Shown here piece after piece: positions 1 through 12,126 of a DNA stretch of 64,000 nucleotides. A program made the position numbers and the translations under genes. The notes below the pieces were generated by a model that was given only the letters and a program-made list of their open reading frames with translations, had not been told where the DNA came from and ran no database searches. The DNA is from Bispira polyomma (taxonomy: Eukaryota): assembly GCA_965649765.1 (NCBI GenBank), contig OZ287748.1, positions 45,260,001 to 45,324,000 on the forward strand, written 5' to 3'. The stretch's first letter is position 1. Each line of letters opens with the position of its first letter.

Positions 1-983
1 TGAAATTTTAAAGAGAAATGATCTAAATCTAACATTAAATGCAATGATGAGACAAATGACTTACAATTCTGTTATCAGCTTGATTCCCAAACAATGGAAA
101 CAAAAAGTAAAACAAATTGCTGTTATACCTGTAAACCGGTGGACTGATAAAATTCAAGTTAAGCTTGATAACAAACTAGTGCCCCTTTGCAATCTCACAT
201 CAAAGATAATATATAATGATCTAATAAGATTACAGTCGAAGCCACCAACATCAATAGAAACTTAGATAAACCTATACCCTTTTTTAGAAAGACATAACTG
301 GGATGACACTTTTATGCTTCCATTTAAAGTGACAAAAGAAACATACATGCAGAGCTTTCAGTATAAAGTATTACACAGAATTATTAACTGTAATTATAAT
401 CTTTTTAAGTGGGAATTAAAGACTCTCCAGAATGTATTTTCTGTAGAAGTGTTGTAACTGTCTCACACCACCTGTTTGAATGCCATGAATGTATTGAGTT
501 CTGGAAAAAAATTAAAAAACAGTGGTTGTATAAAAAAATGAATGTTAAATTTAAATTTACAGTGTGTGAAATAATTTTTGGTTTACCTGTAACAAGTGAT
601 AATATAATTCAAATAATAAAATTTGTCTTTATTATAGCAAAACATTTCATTAACAAACAAAGAAGCAAAAATAAAAACCTGTCATTTCAAAACTTCATAT
701 ATTTGTTAAAAAAAATGTGAAAGTATATATTAGCTTGGAAAGAATGGCTCCTAATGAGGAATTAGATTCACCTATATTAAATTATTATTAATCATTGAGT
801 AACATAGTTTCTGCACTACTCTAATACTTGTTGATCAGCTAAAACTGATATATCTGTGTCTTTGTTTATTTGTGCTGTGTGTAAAACTGTGAATGTAAGA
901 TTGTGTAAATTGTACTACCTGTCATGTATGTATTGTAAAAACATTTTAAAGTCTTGCTATGCCAAATAAAATATTAAAAAAAA
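1..983 (+). mobile_element. 3' end of a decayed L1/Tx1-clade LINE (C-terminal zf-RVT-like region, 3' UTR, poly-A)
   Basis: Frames read YNSVISLIPKQWK...KPPTSIET*...FQYKVLHRII...WGIKDSPECIFC...SHHLFECHECIEFW...IIFG...IIAKHFI, the CxxC...H...C signature of L1/Tx1 ORF2 C-termini. Interrupted by a stop at 263-265 and a frameshift near 408. AATAAA at about 965 is followed by an A-rich tail. Confidence 0.8.
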
Positions 984-1019
984 TATATATTTCTTATCAA
1001 ATGTGAAATTTTGAGTACA

Positions 1020-1237
1020 TTAAGTGGTGAAAGAGTAACACAATCACTTGCCACCTCTGGTGGGTTCAAATCAAATCAAATCTCTATGTAGGAAAGTTGT
1101 CAGTAGACTTGCTGAAGGACGGTGGTTTGCAGAGCAGAATACCATTGCCCAAACTGCCTTGTTCAGATATCGTCCAACAGTAAACTGCCTCATGGGACAC
1201 AAGACATCTTGAAAGCAACATTAAACCCCAACTAAAC
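1020..1237 (+). mobile_element. Degenerate tRNA-derived SINE, Meta-like core (family D)
   Basis: B-box-like GGGTTCAAATC, core ATGTAGGAAAGTTGTCAGT..CTTGCTGAAGGACGGTGGTTT, tail TTGAAAGCAACATTAAACCCC. Resembles copies at 6953, 26740 and 30727. Confidence 0.55.
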
Positions 1238-1781
1238 AGTACCTTATAAGTCAGACTGTCTGACCATCTTAAGCCTTAAGCAAGGCTAGAAGCATGGAGG
1301 GTGTTATGTAGTGTGTCATACCTAATGTCTACAAACCCACTATGATCGTTTTCAAAATCTACATACATATATATCAATAAAAAATAGTTTAAACGTCGGC
1401 GCTTTTGATCTTGACATCTTAGAAGCAAATTAGCTGAGAGTAATGATATTTATCATATTCAGTGTTGGTTTAGGTTGCAATTTGAGATATCACCTGTTCA
1501 CCTTTTTCAACAGAATCTTTTAAATCACCATTTGTTTTATATATATGTATATATCTGATGGGTATTTTTTCCCACTTCACTCAGAATGTATCCATTGATA
1601 GGGATCAAAAGAAATTCATATGTCATGATGATATTTTTTTTTGTGTTGGTCACATTAAGCATTTGACAAGGTGGGACAGATAACTGTTTTCACTGCTAAT
1701 ATAAATAAATGACTAGAATCCACACCGGCCTTGTCTAGCCTGTATCGGGTCTCTCAATGCTATCAATTTAGATATACATAT

Positions 1782-2106
1782 ATAATAATAATTATCATTT
1801 TCTATATCGCAATTATAAACATTACTGTTGTCTAATGCAATTTGACACTATTACCCGAGCCTCAGGTTTATTCCACTTGTCAACCAATTGTTCAGTCTCA
1901 GCTCCTTTAGGAAGCATACTAGCCTTGCTGACACATACGGCGCACAAAAGACTAACACCCATTAGCGGTTGGGTACCCATTTATATATATACCTGGGTAG
2001 AGAGGGAGAACTTTGTGTAAAGTACCTTGTACAGTGGTACAATCACCAGGGCAACCGCGAGGTTAAACAGGGACCCTCAGATCTATCAGTTCCAGGGTCA
2101 GACACA
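1782..2106 (-). mobile_element. CORE-like tRNA SINE with L2-type tail (family C), 5' end missing
   Basis: Aligns by eye to 41501-41769 and 54708-55052 (CACTTGTCAACCAATTGTTCAGTCTCAGCT; GGTACCCATTTATA..CCTGGGTAGAGAGGG..AACTTTGTGTAAAGTACCTTG). (TTA)n tail. Confidence 0.75.
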
Positions 2107-2124
2107 AGTGACATAGATGCTGAT

Positions 2125-2630
2125 ATAATAATTATGATAATTAAAGCATTTATAGTGCCAAATTTAGTAAAAAAAAATACATTCTCTAACGAGCTGATAT
2201 CCCAAAAGGGAAGGTCCAGAGGCAAGCAGAAGGTCGTTACTAGGGGAGGGTGAAACTATGGAGGGGGAAGGTAGGTCTGAAAAGTTAGGTTTTGAGATGG
2301 CGTCTGACACCAGGGATGATATCCCAAACGAGAAGGTCCAGGGGCAAGCAGAAGGTCGTTACTAGGGAAGGGTGACACTATGGAGAGGGGTAGGTCAGTC
2401 TAAAAAGGTTTGTCTTAAGACGGCTTCTGAAACCAGAGATTGTATTCTGTGATTTGACAGTCTTTTGGAGCTTGTTCCATTCAACATGAACAACGAAGCA
2501 AACGCCTGCTGATTTCCTATTTGGTCAGGTTGAGGAAATGCAGAGGCGGTTTTCCCTGGGTAACTGTGCTGGACTTAATGAGTGAAGACAAATGGGGAGG
2601 TTGGTTGAGCTTCCTATATGTGAAAGTGTG
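2125..2630 (-). mobile_element. 3' end of an L2/CR1-group LINE with a doubled terminal 122-bp block
   Basis: Minus strand reads EWNKLQKTVKSQNTISGFRSRLKTNLF, matching the WNxLPxxIR...FKxxLKTxLF end of L2 ORF2. (TTA)-rich tail near 2125-2145. Blocks 2196-2317 and 2318-2440 are diverged direct repeats. Confidence 0.7.
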
Positions 2631-2659
2631 AGAGGTAGCTAAGTAACCAGCCTCTACCA

Positions 2660-2840
2660 GCCACTGTATCTGAAATTGGCCACCTAGAAAATGTTGTTTT
2701 TGGTAGAATTGTGGATAATATTTGCTAAAATCAAGATTTTTGTGACTATTTTGCTTTACTTACCTAAATTTCAGTTATTTTTGCCAGTTTTTATTTATTT
2801 AGCCTTAATTTTAGTAGTGGCGAATTTCAGATACAGTGGC
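2660..2840. mobile_element. MITE with 24-bp terminal inverted repeats
   Basis: GCCACTGTATCTGAAATTGGCCAC (2660-2683) versus GTGGCGAATTTCAGATACAGTGGC (2817-2840), 1 mismatch. AT-rich interior. TSD not clear. Confidence 0.6.
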
Positions 2841-5800
2841 GAATTTTAGATTCCTTACTCTATTTTCTTTATATTTTGTATATTTAACACTGTTAACACT
2901 GTCCACAGTTTTGATTCCCTTAATATCGACGAGAAAAAGCTTTTTAAAAGTTAACATCATCAGAATAAGTGGGAAGGCTTATAAATATTGAAGTTTCCTC
3001 CTCCATCAATTATAAAATCATCCAACACTTAGTTCCTTTGTCCCATCTCCATAAAGCCGAGAGATAAACAGAAAAACAAACTGTATAAATACAGTCAGCT
3101 GAAGCTACTGGTTTATTTGATGAAGTTTCACAGATCTTTCTTACTTTTTAGCTTGTTCTTTTGTCGAGTTCAACAGTAGTATGGGATATCACGTATACAT
3201 CAATGATGCTTTGTAAGTCAAAGCACAAAAAGAGAGTTGGGAGAAAGAAACTAATAACTAATCTTTTTGAAACTGACCAGTCATGCATAAAATGACTCTA
3301 GTTCAGTTCTTTTACCAGCTCCTCCTTTGAGAAAAGAAAAAGTCAATTTGCCACTTGGAGATCAAAGGTATAATGATTTTTGTGTTTTGTATGACAGACT
3401 GAGAGAATCCCATCTCCTGTGTATTGTGAAAAAGGGGGCTTGTTTCTTTCTAATTAAATTTATAAATTGAATTTTAATGTAAGTAGGGAGGGATGATTAC
3501 CCTTTAACGACCTCCGCCTTCCTTAGCTGTTTGTCCTTCACCTTCTAAGGTTAAAAAAGGGCAGACGCCAAATCCAGCTGTTTTATGTTTTACAGTTACA
3601 TTGTTAGCAGATGACATTTTTAACGTTACAATTTTTCAATTTATGAGATCATGTAATCTATGGTGAATTAATATATGTAAATATTTTGTTTGACATTTAA
3701 TTGTGGTATGCAGGTAAATTAACATTAAATGCATAGTTATGTTATTATTTTAACTGTCCTGTCGGTGACATAAGATTTAAATTAGTATACATAGGGACTT
3801 TTTTTCTAGTAAATGGAATAAAACTGTCAATGAATAACGAATGTAGTGTAACACAGTCATTTAATATTTTAAAAATACCATATACTTTCATAATATATTT
3901 TTATATACATCTTTATGATTATCAAAGGGAATCCATATATCCTCTATTTTTAGAACTGATATTTAAAGTACAGCCCTTATATTAGGGCTAAATAAGTGGA
4001 AATATTTTTCAAGTCAACCAAGAATCTTCCCCCCCAAAATTGGACACCATATGGCATATAATAACAGACGCCATCCTAGAAAATTGTCAATTTGTCTAAC
4101 ATCATCAATTCCTTCCACAAAGACAGTGATTTACAAAGTGATTTACAGGACTTCCTGGAATGTTCAAGTGTTTGATGGGAGGGTATTTGGCCTTTCCTGG
4201 GGGTCTGGGGTGGGGACACTGGCCTTTAGAATGTTATATATTAACACCTGGAAGTGTGAAAAACAAAAGAACTGACCTCGGCAGGTGTTGACTTGAGGAG
4301 AGGGACACAAAACCCCCAGTTCATTATTGACTCTGACTCACCCACCCACCCCCACCCTCTTTTCACCCTACCCCATATCCTTACCCCACCCACTTACCCA
4401 GACCCCCTCTGGTCAGATTTGCTTATGATTTGCGCCACTATTAATTTTGGTACCATTGATTTTCATACCATTTTTCAGGATCCGATTGATTTTGGACTTT
4501 CTTGAAAAAAATTCTGACTGTTTAAATTTCTGTTTCCTGTCTTAAATTTAAGTTTGAAACCTACTATGAAAGGTTATTTTGATGTGTCTGTGAAATGAAG
4601 TCATTTTATAAACTGCCCTGGAGAAGCCATGCCTATTGTATTTATATTGAAAAGCTGCTGTGGACATTATTTCAAGGTCTGTAATGACTCAGTGTTATTG
4701 TATGGTTACACATTGATTTGTTGACCAGAGAGTGCTCTATATGGTACATAAAAGATGATATAATGAAAATAAGGTTTGTAACTTAATAACACTTTCTTAC
4801 ATTTCCACTTCACATGTAGGAAGTTTATTATAAAAAAGGGGGCAAAATCAAGCAGAATTTGGGAGGGAAAGAATTCAATGGTGGCGAAACAATGCACACC
4901 CTCTGGTCAAACAAGTATCCCCCTCTGTGTGAAAGAGAGGACATGTATATGGACCCTGTCATTTTTTCCAACGCCCCACCCCCAACAGATGGACACAATT
5001 TGCACAAATTTCAAAGACAAATGTCTTCCTGTTTTAATTGACTCTTCTTTGTGTGTCCCTGTAGGTTGGGATGTCTACAGCTAGAAGAAAGCAAAAGTTG
5101 ACCAGCCCCCTTTTATTTGTTCAGCAGTTTTGATTAGATTGTCATTGATGGTAAATGGATTTTCTCTGGGTGAGCTTTACCTATATCTGTTGAAAAGGGT
5201 TGGGGGGAGGTAGCTTTTTATTGTTATATTAGTAAGGTGCTGAGTTGAGGTCTGTAGGGGTTAAATCAGTTTTAGAAAGCAAAATGAAAAACCAGAATTA
5301 ACCCTAGACGTGGGCGATAATAGGGTCAAATAATAGATGTCGTCTGCCCCGGTGGAGACTTGGTCACCTATGGAGTTTTGTCAGTTTTTAATTAGAACAA
5401 CAACAACAAAAACCACCCACAACAATAAATAGCTTTCCTTTGTATACACAGTTATATATACATATGTACAGATCGAGGCTGTAACCTTGGTGGTCAATGT
5501 CATAAGTTCCATTTTTGAGCAGTTGTAAATGTCACTCCCACAATTACTGCCACACGTTTTGTATTGCTCTCCAAATCACCAACTTCTATTCATGAAACCC
5601 AAAGCTGACTTGACACATACTCATGACTTTTACGTGTGTGTGGGGTCTGTCTGTTCATGTGTCCTTTGTGTACAAAATAATAGTGTAATAACTCTTAACT
5701 ATTGAAACCACAATGGACAAGTACATAACCAGAGTTTGCTATAATTGCATAATTATTCATATGAATTCTGACATGTTAAAAAGTGCATGTTAAATTTGTT

Positions 5801-6339
5801 CCTAAATCAGTTGAAACCCTAAAATGAAATTTGTTTTATATGTATATGGCTATAAATATTATTTGCATTCAGGCCTCTATTATCCTTGAGTATATATAAT
5901 AAAATGGTGGGATATTGAACACTAAAATAGGACCAAATTCTGCATCAAAATTGCTTTGTTAATAGTTGAAGGTCCATTTCCATATAAATGGTGAGGAACA
6001 AAAGATTTCAAGGTTCGCCATAAAGCCAGAATTACTTTTGAATTGCAGTGTGGCAGGAATTTGTGCAAGTTATCATATTTATATAATTACAATACAGATA
6101 TGCCATATAAATATATGTATATATATGTACATAGAAATATTGTGATAACCAGATACATGTTATATGTAGTATTAATATTAATAATAGACATTTATGTCAT
6201 TTTATGTAAAAATGTGACACTTTCTGATTTGCTTGATGAAATGATATACAATGGACATGAACGAATTATGGTGTGACTGCAGCAATCATAAATGTGTGCT
6301 AAAATTAAAACTTCCCTTTATTCATTTGTGTTTTTATGC

Positions 6340-6800
6340 CTAATATAAAATTATGGATTTATATTACTCATGTTTACCATTTTGAATACCTAAATTATAT
6401 GTTCTAGTCCTATTACTGCTGTCAGTTAATGCCACGTGTCAGATTGTGACTTGTGGTATGCCATGAAAAAAGTTTTGAAACATGAACTTCCTTACAAAAT
6501 CCTCTGCTTCCTTGTGTATGTGACCTAAAGTAGGAACGACCATGAACCATATATATCCAAAGACCAAAGTTTGTGTGAGGGTATGTGCCGTAATTAAGAT
6601 AATACCTAACTTATATGTTCGAGTCATACTTCCACGGTCAGTTAATGCCACGTGTCAGGTTGTGACTTGTGGTATACTATGAAAGAAGACACTGGCATCA
6701 CACAGAATATTTCCAAGTCAATTCAATCTCCTTCTTTTTAAGGAAAATATTTTATTCTTTAGGTTTTCTTCATTCTTATGTATGCTTGCTGCGGATGGTG
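6340..6800 (-). mobile_element. Possible highly decayed LINE C-terminal fragment containing an 88-bp direct repeat at 216-bp spacing
   Basis: Minus frame MVVPTLGHI...FFHGIPQVT..HVALTD weakly resembles the post-RT MVxPILxYG...FCKxxLGVxxxT region. The repeat 6385-6472 / 6601-6688 is directly visible. Confidence 0.35.
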
Positions 6801-6814
6801 ACCATACATTCCAG

Positions 6815-6921
6815 GGGCTGTATTCACGAAGGGACTTAGCCAAGTCTTAGGCTTAAATCTAGCACAAAAGTATAATGATTTAAGCCTAAGACTTGGAAAA
6901 GTCCTTTCGTGAATACAGCCC
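6815..6921. mobile_element. Palindromic PIF/Harbinger-type MITE
   Basis: GGGCTGTATTCACGAA.GGACTT..CCAAGTCTTAGGCTTAAATC ... GATTTAAGCCTAAGACTTGG..AAGTCC.TTCGTGAATACAGCCC, nearly a full hairpin. Flanked by CAG on both sides (CWG-type 3-bp TSD). Confidence 0.8.
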
Positions 6922-6952
6922 CAGATGTTACTTAAGTCCCAATCTTATATAG

Positions 6953-7150
6953 GAGGTCTCATTGCTGAATAGGTAATACACTGGCCTTCAATATCTACAG
7001 TCGTGTGTTTGAATCTGTGCTATGCCATGTACATTGGGAAGTTGGCAGTACACATTCTGAAGCCTGGTGGTTTATAGTTAGGATATTTTAACCAACTCCT
7101 CTGTTTTGCTTTCTTGCACCAGTAAACTGCTCGTCTTAGTGATACAATAC
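6953..7150 (+). mobile_element. Degenerate Meta-like SINE (family D)
   Basis: Decayed A/B boxes (GTTTGAATC), TGGGAAGTTGGCAGTAC..CTGAAGCCTGGTGGTTT core, CACCAGTAAACTG tail. Confidence 0.5.
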
Positions 7151-7713
7151 ACTGGTGATAATGGAGACACTATAATATATGTATGAGGAAAATCTGACTT
7201 AGTTTTATTTGGGCATACAACATTTTCTGGATATCAGTCAAAACAAAATATGATCGCTACACAACACAATAGACAATAATTTCCAGGGGATATCATTGAT
7301 ACATTTGTATATCGCCCCTTAGTTTAAGAGAACTGCAAATGTTGTTTCAGACACTTTCTGGGGCGACAGTGCAAGAATAGGTCAAACTGGGTATGGGTAG
7401 ATTTTGTAGTCGGAATGCAAAGTGCCATTCAATCTGCTTTAATCCAAAATAATCCTGAGACAAACACTCTTGATTTGCAACTGAGATTAACATTTACTCA
7501 GGCTGCTCGGGGTCAATGTGAGTATGATTGTGTGGTCTGTATGCAGGGTAACACTGTACCAACGGAAAGTCAATCTAGATAAATTTGTCAAGCTGAAGGC
7601 ATGGTTAAGGAATTAGCTATAACCGGCTCCGGCGACATACTTTTCGAATAAGAATGTACAAGACTATCAGACTAGCTTGTCTGAAGATTTTACACACAAT
7701 TCCCCCCAAAATA

Positions 7714-7836
7714 ACTAATTTAAATAATGAACAGTAACTGCATTGAATTATATGTACACTATATTGAAAAAAAATTCACTAATTTAAATAATGACCAGTA
7801 ACTGTATTGACTTATATACACACTATATTGAACAAA
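7714..7836. repeat. 64-bp tandem duplication
   Basis: ACTAATTTAAATAATGA.CAGTAACTG.ATTGA.TTATAT..ACACTATATTGAA at 7714 and 7778. Confidence 0.8.
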
Positions 7837-9779
7837 TACTAGATAGTATTACTATTAGGAAGGCAACTTTCATTTTTCCTCCTTATACGGTACGACAAAA
7901 GGATAGAGAAATTTTTATTTTTGTAAATGTTTATTACGAATGTCCACGAATGGTGTGGACTCTGATCTGATGGTGTATGTATAGAGAATATAGTTTGTTA
8001 TTGTTTCGTACATGCTTAGATCGTACCGCACCGGTTAGCAAAGGCCTTTAGTGTTTGTCTTCGCACTTTTTCATATAAGATAACACAAAAAATGTGTTCT
8101 GAAATTCACCGCATCCTCCTCATTTTATAAACCTACCAAATAAAATTTGACTTATTAATCTTAATTTTAGCCATTAACTTTTTTTTTTCTTTTTAGGATA
8201 CTTTTTAATCTGACACCCCCCAAAAGCCCCTTTATTTAATATATAAATATACAAATATTGATGGAGATTTAAATACACCAAATCTGTACCTTCAGTCCCC
8301 CCTCCCCCCTCTCTGTCTTTGCTAAGTACTATTTAGTGACTTGTCACACTGTACAAAGTTCTCTGACAATCCATCATAATCTTTCACACACATTGACCCT
8401 AACACATACCCTGTGTAAATCCCACACTCTCCTCTCCCTACATAGTTTATTAGCTAGACTTAACTTAAAACTTAATTTACTTCAAATATAGCTTATCTTT
8501 GCCATTTAATCAAATTTAAAGATCAACTCAGGGAATCATGTACATTTATCTTTAAATTTCAATTGTAAAGAAAAATAAACATAAAAAATAGTCTTTTGTT
8601 ATGGTCAATACTTATTAATCAATCTTAAGACTATATTTTATTCAGTCTAAGTTTAAATATATATAACATTTATAAATTACCTAAAAATTGAGGTCATAAG
8701 AAACCATATGTATGACATATTTCTTCAAACCTTTTACCCTAAGGCCAGCCTTAACGAAAAAAAATCTTAAATCTGATAATTCTCTGTGTATATTTAGTAC
8801 ATTACAAAAGTGCAACTGAACTGTACAGTTATACAAATGTCAAATTTTATATTTCTTAAATAAATTTTATCGGAAAATTGTATTTAATCTGTTTTTCTAT
8901 GTATCCAGGTAAAAATAAAATTGCAATAAAATGTCACATCTGAGGTCTAAGACCTAAGGTTCTAATATTGGTTAACTTTTTTATAAAAAAAGATACAATA
9001 AGAGAGTATTTTAAGCTGTCCACCCATATTAAAACTAATGACTGCTCTGAACAAGCGTCCATTTGTGTGTGTGGACTGGGGTCATCTTAAAGATAAGGGA
9101 CCCCAAAACCACTCCATCATACCCAACTGACTTATATTAATGATATGTCTTTTTACATGCCATTCTTGGTCCTTCATGTGATTTATATACTGTATCTTTA
9201 TCTCTATAAATATAGTCCAACTAGACTTAATCTTAAAGGATGTCTTTTAAAGAAAAAAAAGTTGGAATCTTTAGATTATGTGTATAATTTTTTTTTTTTG
9301 TAAATTTCTTGGAGAGCTACATTTAAAGATCATGTTATTATGTTAATAGTGAAACTTAATTTTGTTGGATAAATGGTATATTAATTTTTTCAAAGACAAA
9401 TAAAAAGCCCTTGATGTTTGATGAATATTTGCATTTGCTAAAGTCAAAGATTATATTATTTTTACAACTCCCGACTACCCTGCTAATTTTAAAAGAGTTA
9501 CCGTTGAAATCAACGGCGGCTTAAAAATTATTCTGAGAAATGAATATATTCAAAGATATAATAGAAAAATGGAGTAACTGATTTGCAAATTTTACTACTT
9601 TTCTCACTATGTATAATAATAGTGATAATACCACTGTATATGTTTCTGTGTAACTGTTCTTCTTTGTGTTCTGGCATTGTGAAGTGTATTAGAATGTCTT
9701 AATGTAGAAAAAAGATATCAGTCAATAGTGAAACAATATGAAAAATCTATTCATGTAAAACTGAGTTAGAGCTAGTAAA

Positions 9780-10740
9780 ATAATATACGTATCCTTGGAA
9801 GTAAAACAAACATATAGTATGACTTCGTCTATTTTACCATTAATAATTTCCAATGGTCTGAAAACAATAGTGACAGAGATTAACATTTTAACAATGCACA
9901 AACATTGTGACAATCTCTTATTTTTTCATCAACCTTGCAAACACTTTCAAGATAACTCCTTTCCTTGATACATACTTTGTAACTGAATCCATTCCTCATG
10001 TGGCTACACACTCCTTTGATCCTATTTCATGTGGTAACAAACACATAGCACTGTTTAGAATCAGTTTTAATCCAGCAATTACCTGCTTATACAAATTATG
10101 GCTGGCCTTTAAAATATTAAGCAAATTTCATACCCTCGTGTGATTTGAGATCAGCTTTTTGTCACTTGACACCCTAGTGTATGTAAGACTCACACAATAC
10201 CTTGAGAATGCTATTTAATGTCCTGGTCCCACCGGCCGTCACGTTTGCTGTCGTTTGAAAATTAATTTGCGTGTTATTTGCGGGAACTGACGTACCATAC
10301 ATAAACATACAAAAGCTGGTGTGAGAGATGACACACACAAAATTAATAATTTCAAACCGTTTGAAATTTGGACACGCAAGAGATGCAAAAGTATGACGTA
10401 CTAAAACGTGGATATGTGTCACAGTGTGTAAATGTGCGTCATTATGACATCCTTTTAAGTGTATTGGCGTACTCATACTTGTCATACAGGGTTAAAATAC
10501 TTACTTTGACATGAACTTATGCACCCCCTGCGAGACTTTACAGATTTTGAGGTACTAATACATGAATTTCAATGTCTGTTGACCCCTTCAACGTGGAGAA
10601 AATTCCTAATTTCTAGTTTTACATGACGTTTTGCATCAAACATTTTACAAGGCCATGCGTGACTTACATATCCTAACGTAAATCTGGCGGGACCGGCCCA
10701 TAAAGGACTTTGAGATGCATATTACTAACACTTGTAGACT
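9780..10740 (-). mobile_element. Decayed RTE-clade LINE ORF C-terminal part, interrupted by a DNA element
   Basis: Minus frames give LGIFSTLKGSTDIEIHV...; SSDKKL...; LKASHNLYKQVI...; MDSVTKYVSRK; VCKVDEKIR. These fall in the order of the RTE consensus YLGSxxxxDGxxDxEI...LCDKK...YKTVVRP...MCGVTRxDRIRN...VxEKIRE. Many stops. Confidence 0.55.
10170..10495. mobile_element. Non-autonomous DNA element with a piggyBac-like right end, inserted in the RTE remnant
   Basis: CpG-richer block ending ...CATACAGGG-TTAA. Left end only weakly complementary (ACCCTAGTGTATG). RTE-like frames resume on both sides. Confidence 0.4.
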
Positions 10741-11341
10741 TGCATTATTCAAGTCAATTTATATAGATTTAAAGCTGGGTCTCAATTTGTAGTTTTAAAC
10801 ACCCAATTCAGTATCATGACCACAAATAATTAATATCAATATATTAACATTACTTAGACTTAGTTGAGACAAGGTGAGATTGCTGATGCAAATCGGGAGT
10901 CATATATCGGAAGCTGCATGCATGTGTACATAGACTTAGATGTTTGGAGCTGTTGTTAAGCCGGCATCCCACACATGAGACAAAATGCACGACAGCTTTG
11001 TGATCATTTGTCACCGATTTTCTCTATTGTTTGGGTGCAGTGGTCTGGGGATGGCGATTTTCGGCTTTCGCATGACAATGATAAGACAATTGTGGGTGAG
11101 ACATTAATGCCATTTTTTGTACAATATTGTCGGCTCATTGTCTCTTTCATGTCTTCCATTTGTTGCTTACATTCGCCCAATTCAATTGCTTTGGCGACAT
11201 TGAAGAAAATGACATTTTATCAAAATGACAGTCGATGACGTCAAAGATGATTTTGTCACCTCAAAGGGTTGGCATTGCATGGAATTTAAATATTAAATAA
11301 TTCTGCGCCATGGCATTCAAGTGGAGGCGATTACTGGAGAT

Positions 11342-11558
11342 AACAATGAGACAACAAAGAATCAACAAAGAGACAACAGAGAGACAACAAAGAGACAACA
11401 AAGAGACAACAAAGAGACAACAGAGAGACAACAAAGAGACAACAGAGAGACAACAAAGATACAACAAAGAGACAACAAAGAGACAACAGAGAGACAACAG
11501 AGAGACAACAGAGAGACAACAAAGAGACAACAAAGAGACAACAAAGAGACAACAGAGA
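11342..11558. repeat. 11-bp minisatellite (A[A/G]AGAGACAAC)n, about 19-20 units, probably inside a non-autonomous DNA element (about 10955-11640)
   Basis: Directly visible. It explains the five overlapping low-complexity ORFs at 11261-11638. Confidence 0.95.
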
Positions 11559-12126
11559 AATATTAAAAGGAAATGAGGAGACACTGTCAATGACTTTTTT
11601 GTAATTACACAACATTCCATGTCACCTAGCCAATTCACCTTTGGGCCTTTACTAAATCAGGCATCATGTGTTTACCTCTACCAAAGGAGAATCTGTTTTT
11701 ATCGATGTCTCTCCTTATATGTCACCAAAGACAATTAAACTATAAAAAAACTACTGAACAAATTGACATGATATTTGATGGAGGGATCGGCCAAAGGGAG
11801 GAATCCAGTAAGTTGTGATATAGATCCGGTATAATGATCTACTACCAAAAGATAGATTCTAAGCCCTCCCAGAGTCTACCAAGGTATAAAAGTTAAGGGG
11901 GTCTATTCTAGGGGGTGGGAGTAAATCAGGGGTAATCAAAAATTCATTTTAATCTGCCCTGGGGGTGATGTATGGGTTAAATTTAAATCAAATTGAAAAT
12001 TGTTAGGGGTAACTTTAACTGGGGGGTTCGCAGATCCAGTATTTTCTTCCTCAATGACACAGAGACCATTAAACCGAAAACAACTAGACCTAGCGCATCG
12101 GAGAACCGATGCATATTTGTATCCAC

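Noticed and set aside
5064-5133. Possible exon reading MSTARRKQKLTSP after a good acceptor (CCTGTAG), reminiscent of the MSRRKQxxP NuRD-binding motif
   Set aside because: The motif match is imperfect and the frame stops after 20 codons, before the nearest donor-like site.
11261-11638. Five overlapping ORFs (QQRDNKETT / LLSLCC repeats)
   Set aside because: Artefacts of an 11-bp minisatellite lacking stop codons.
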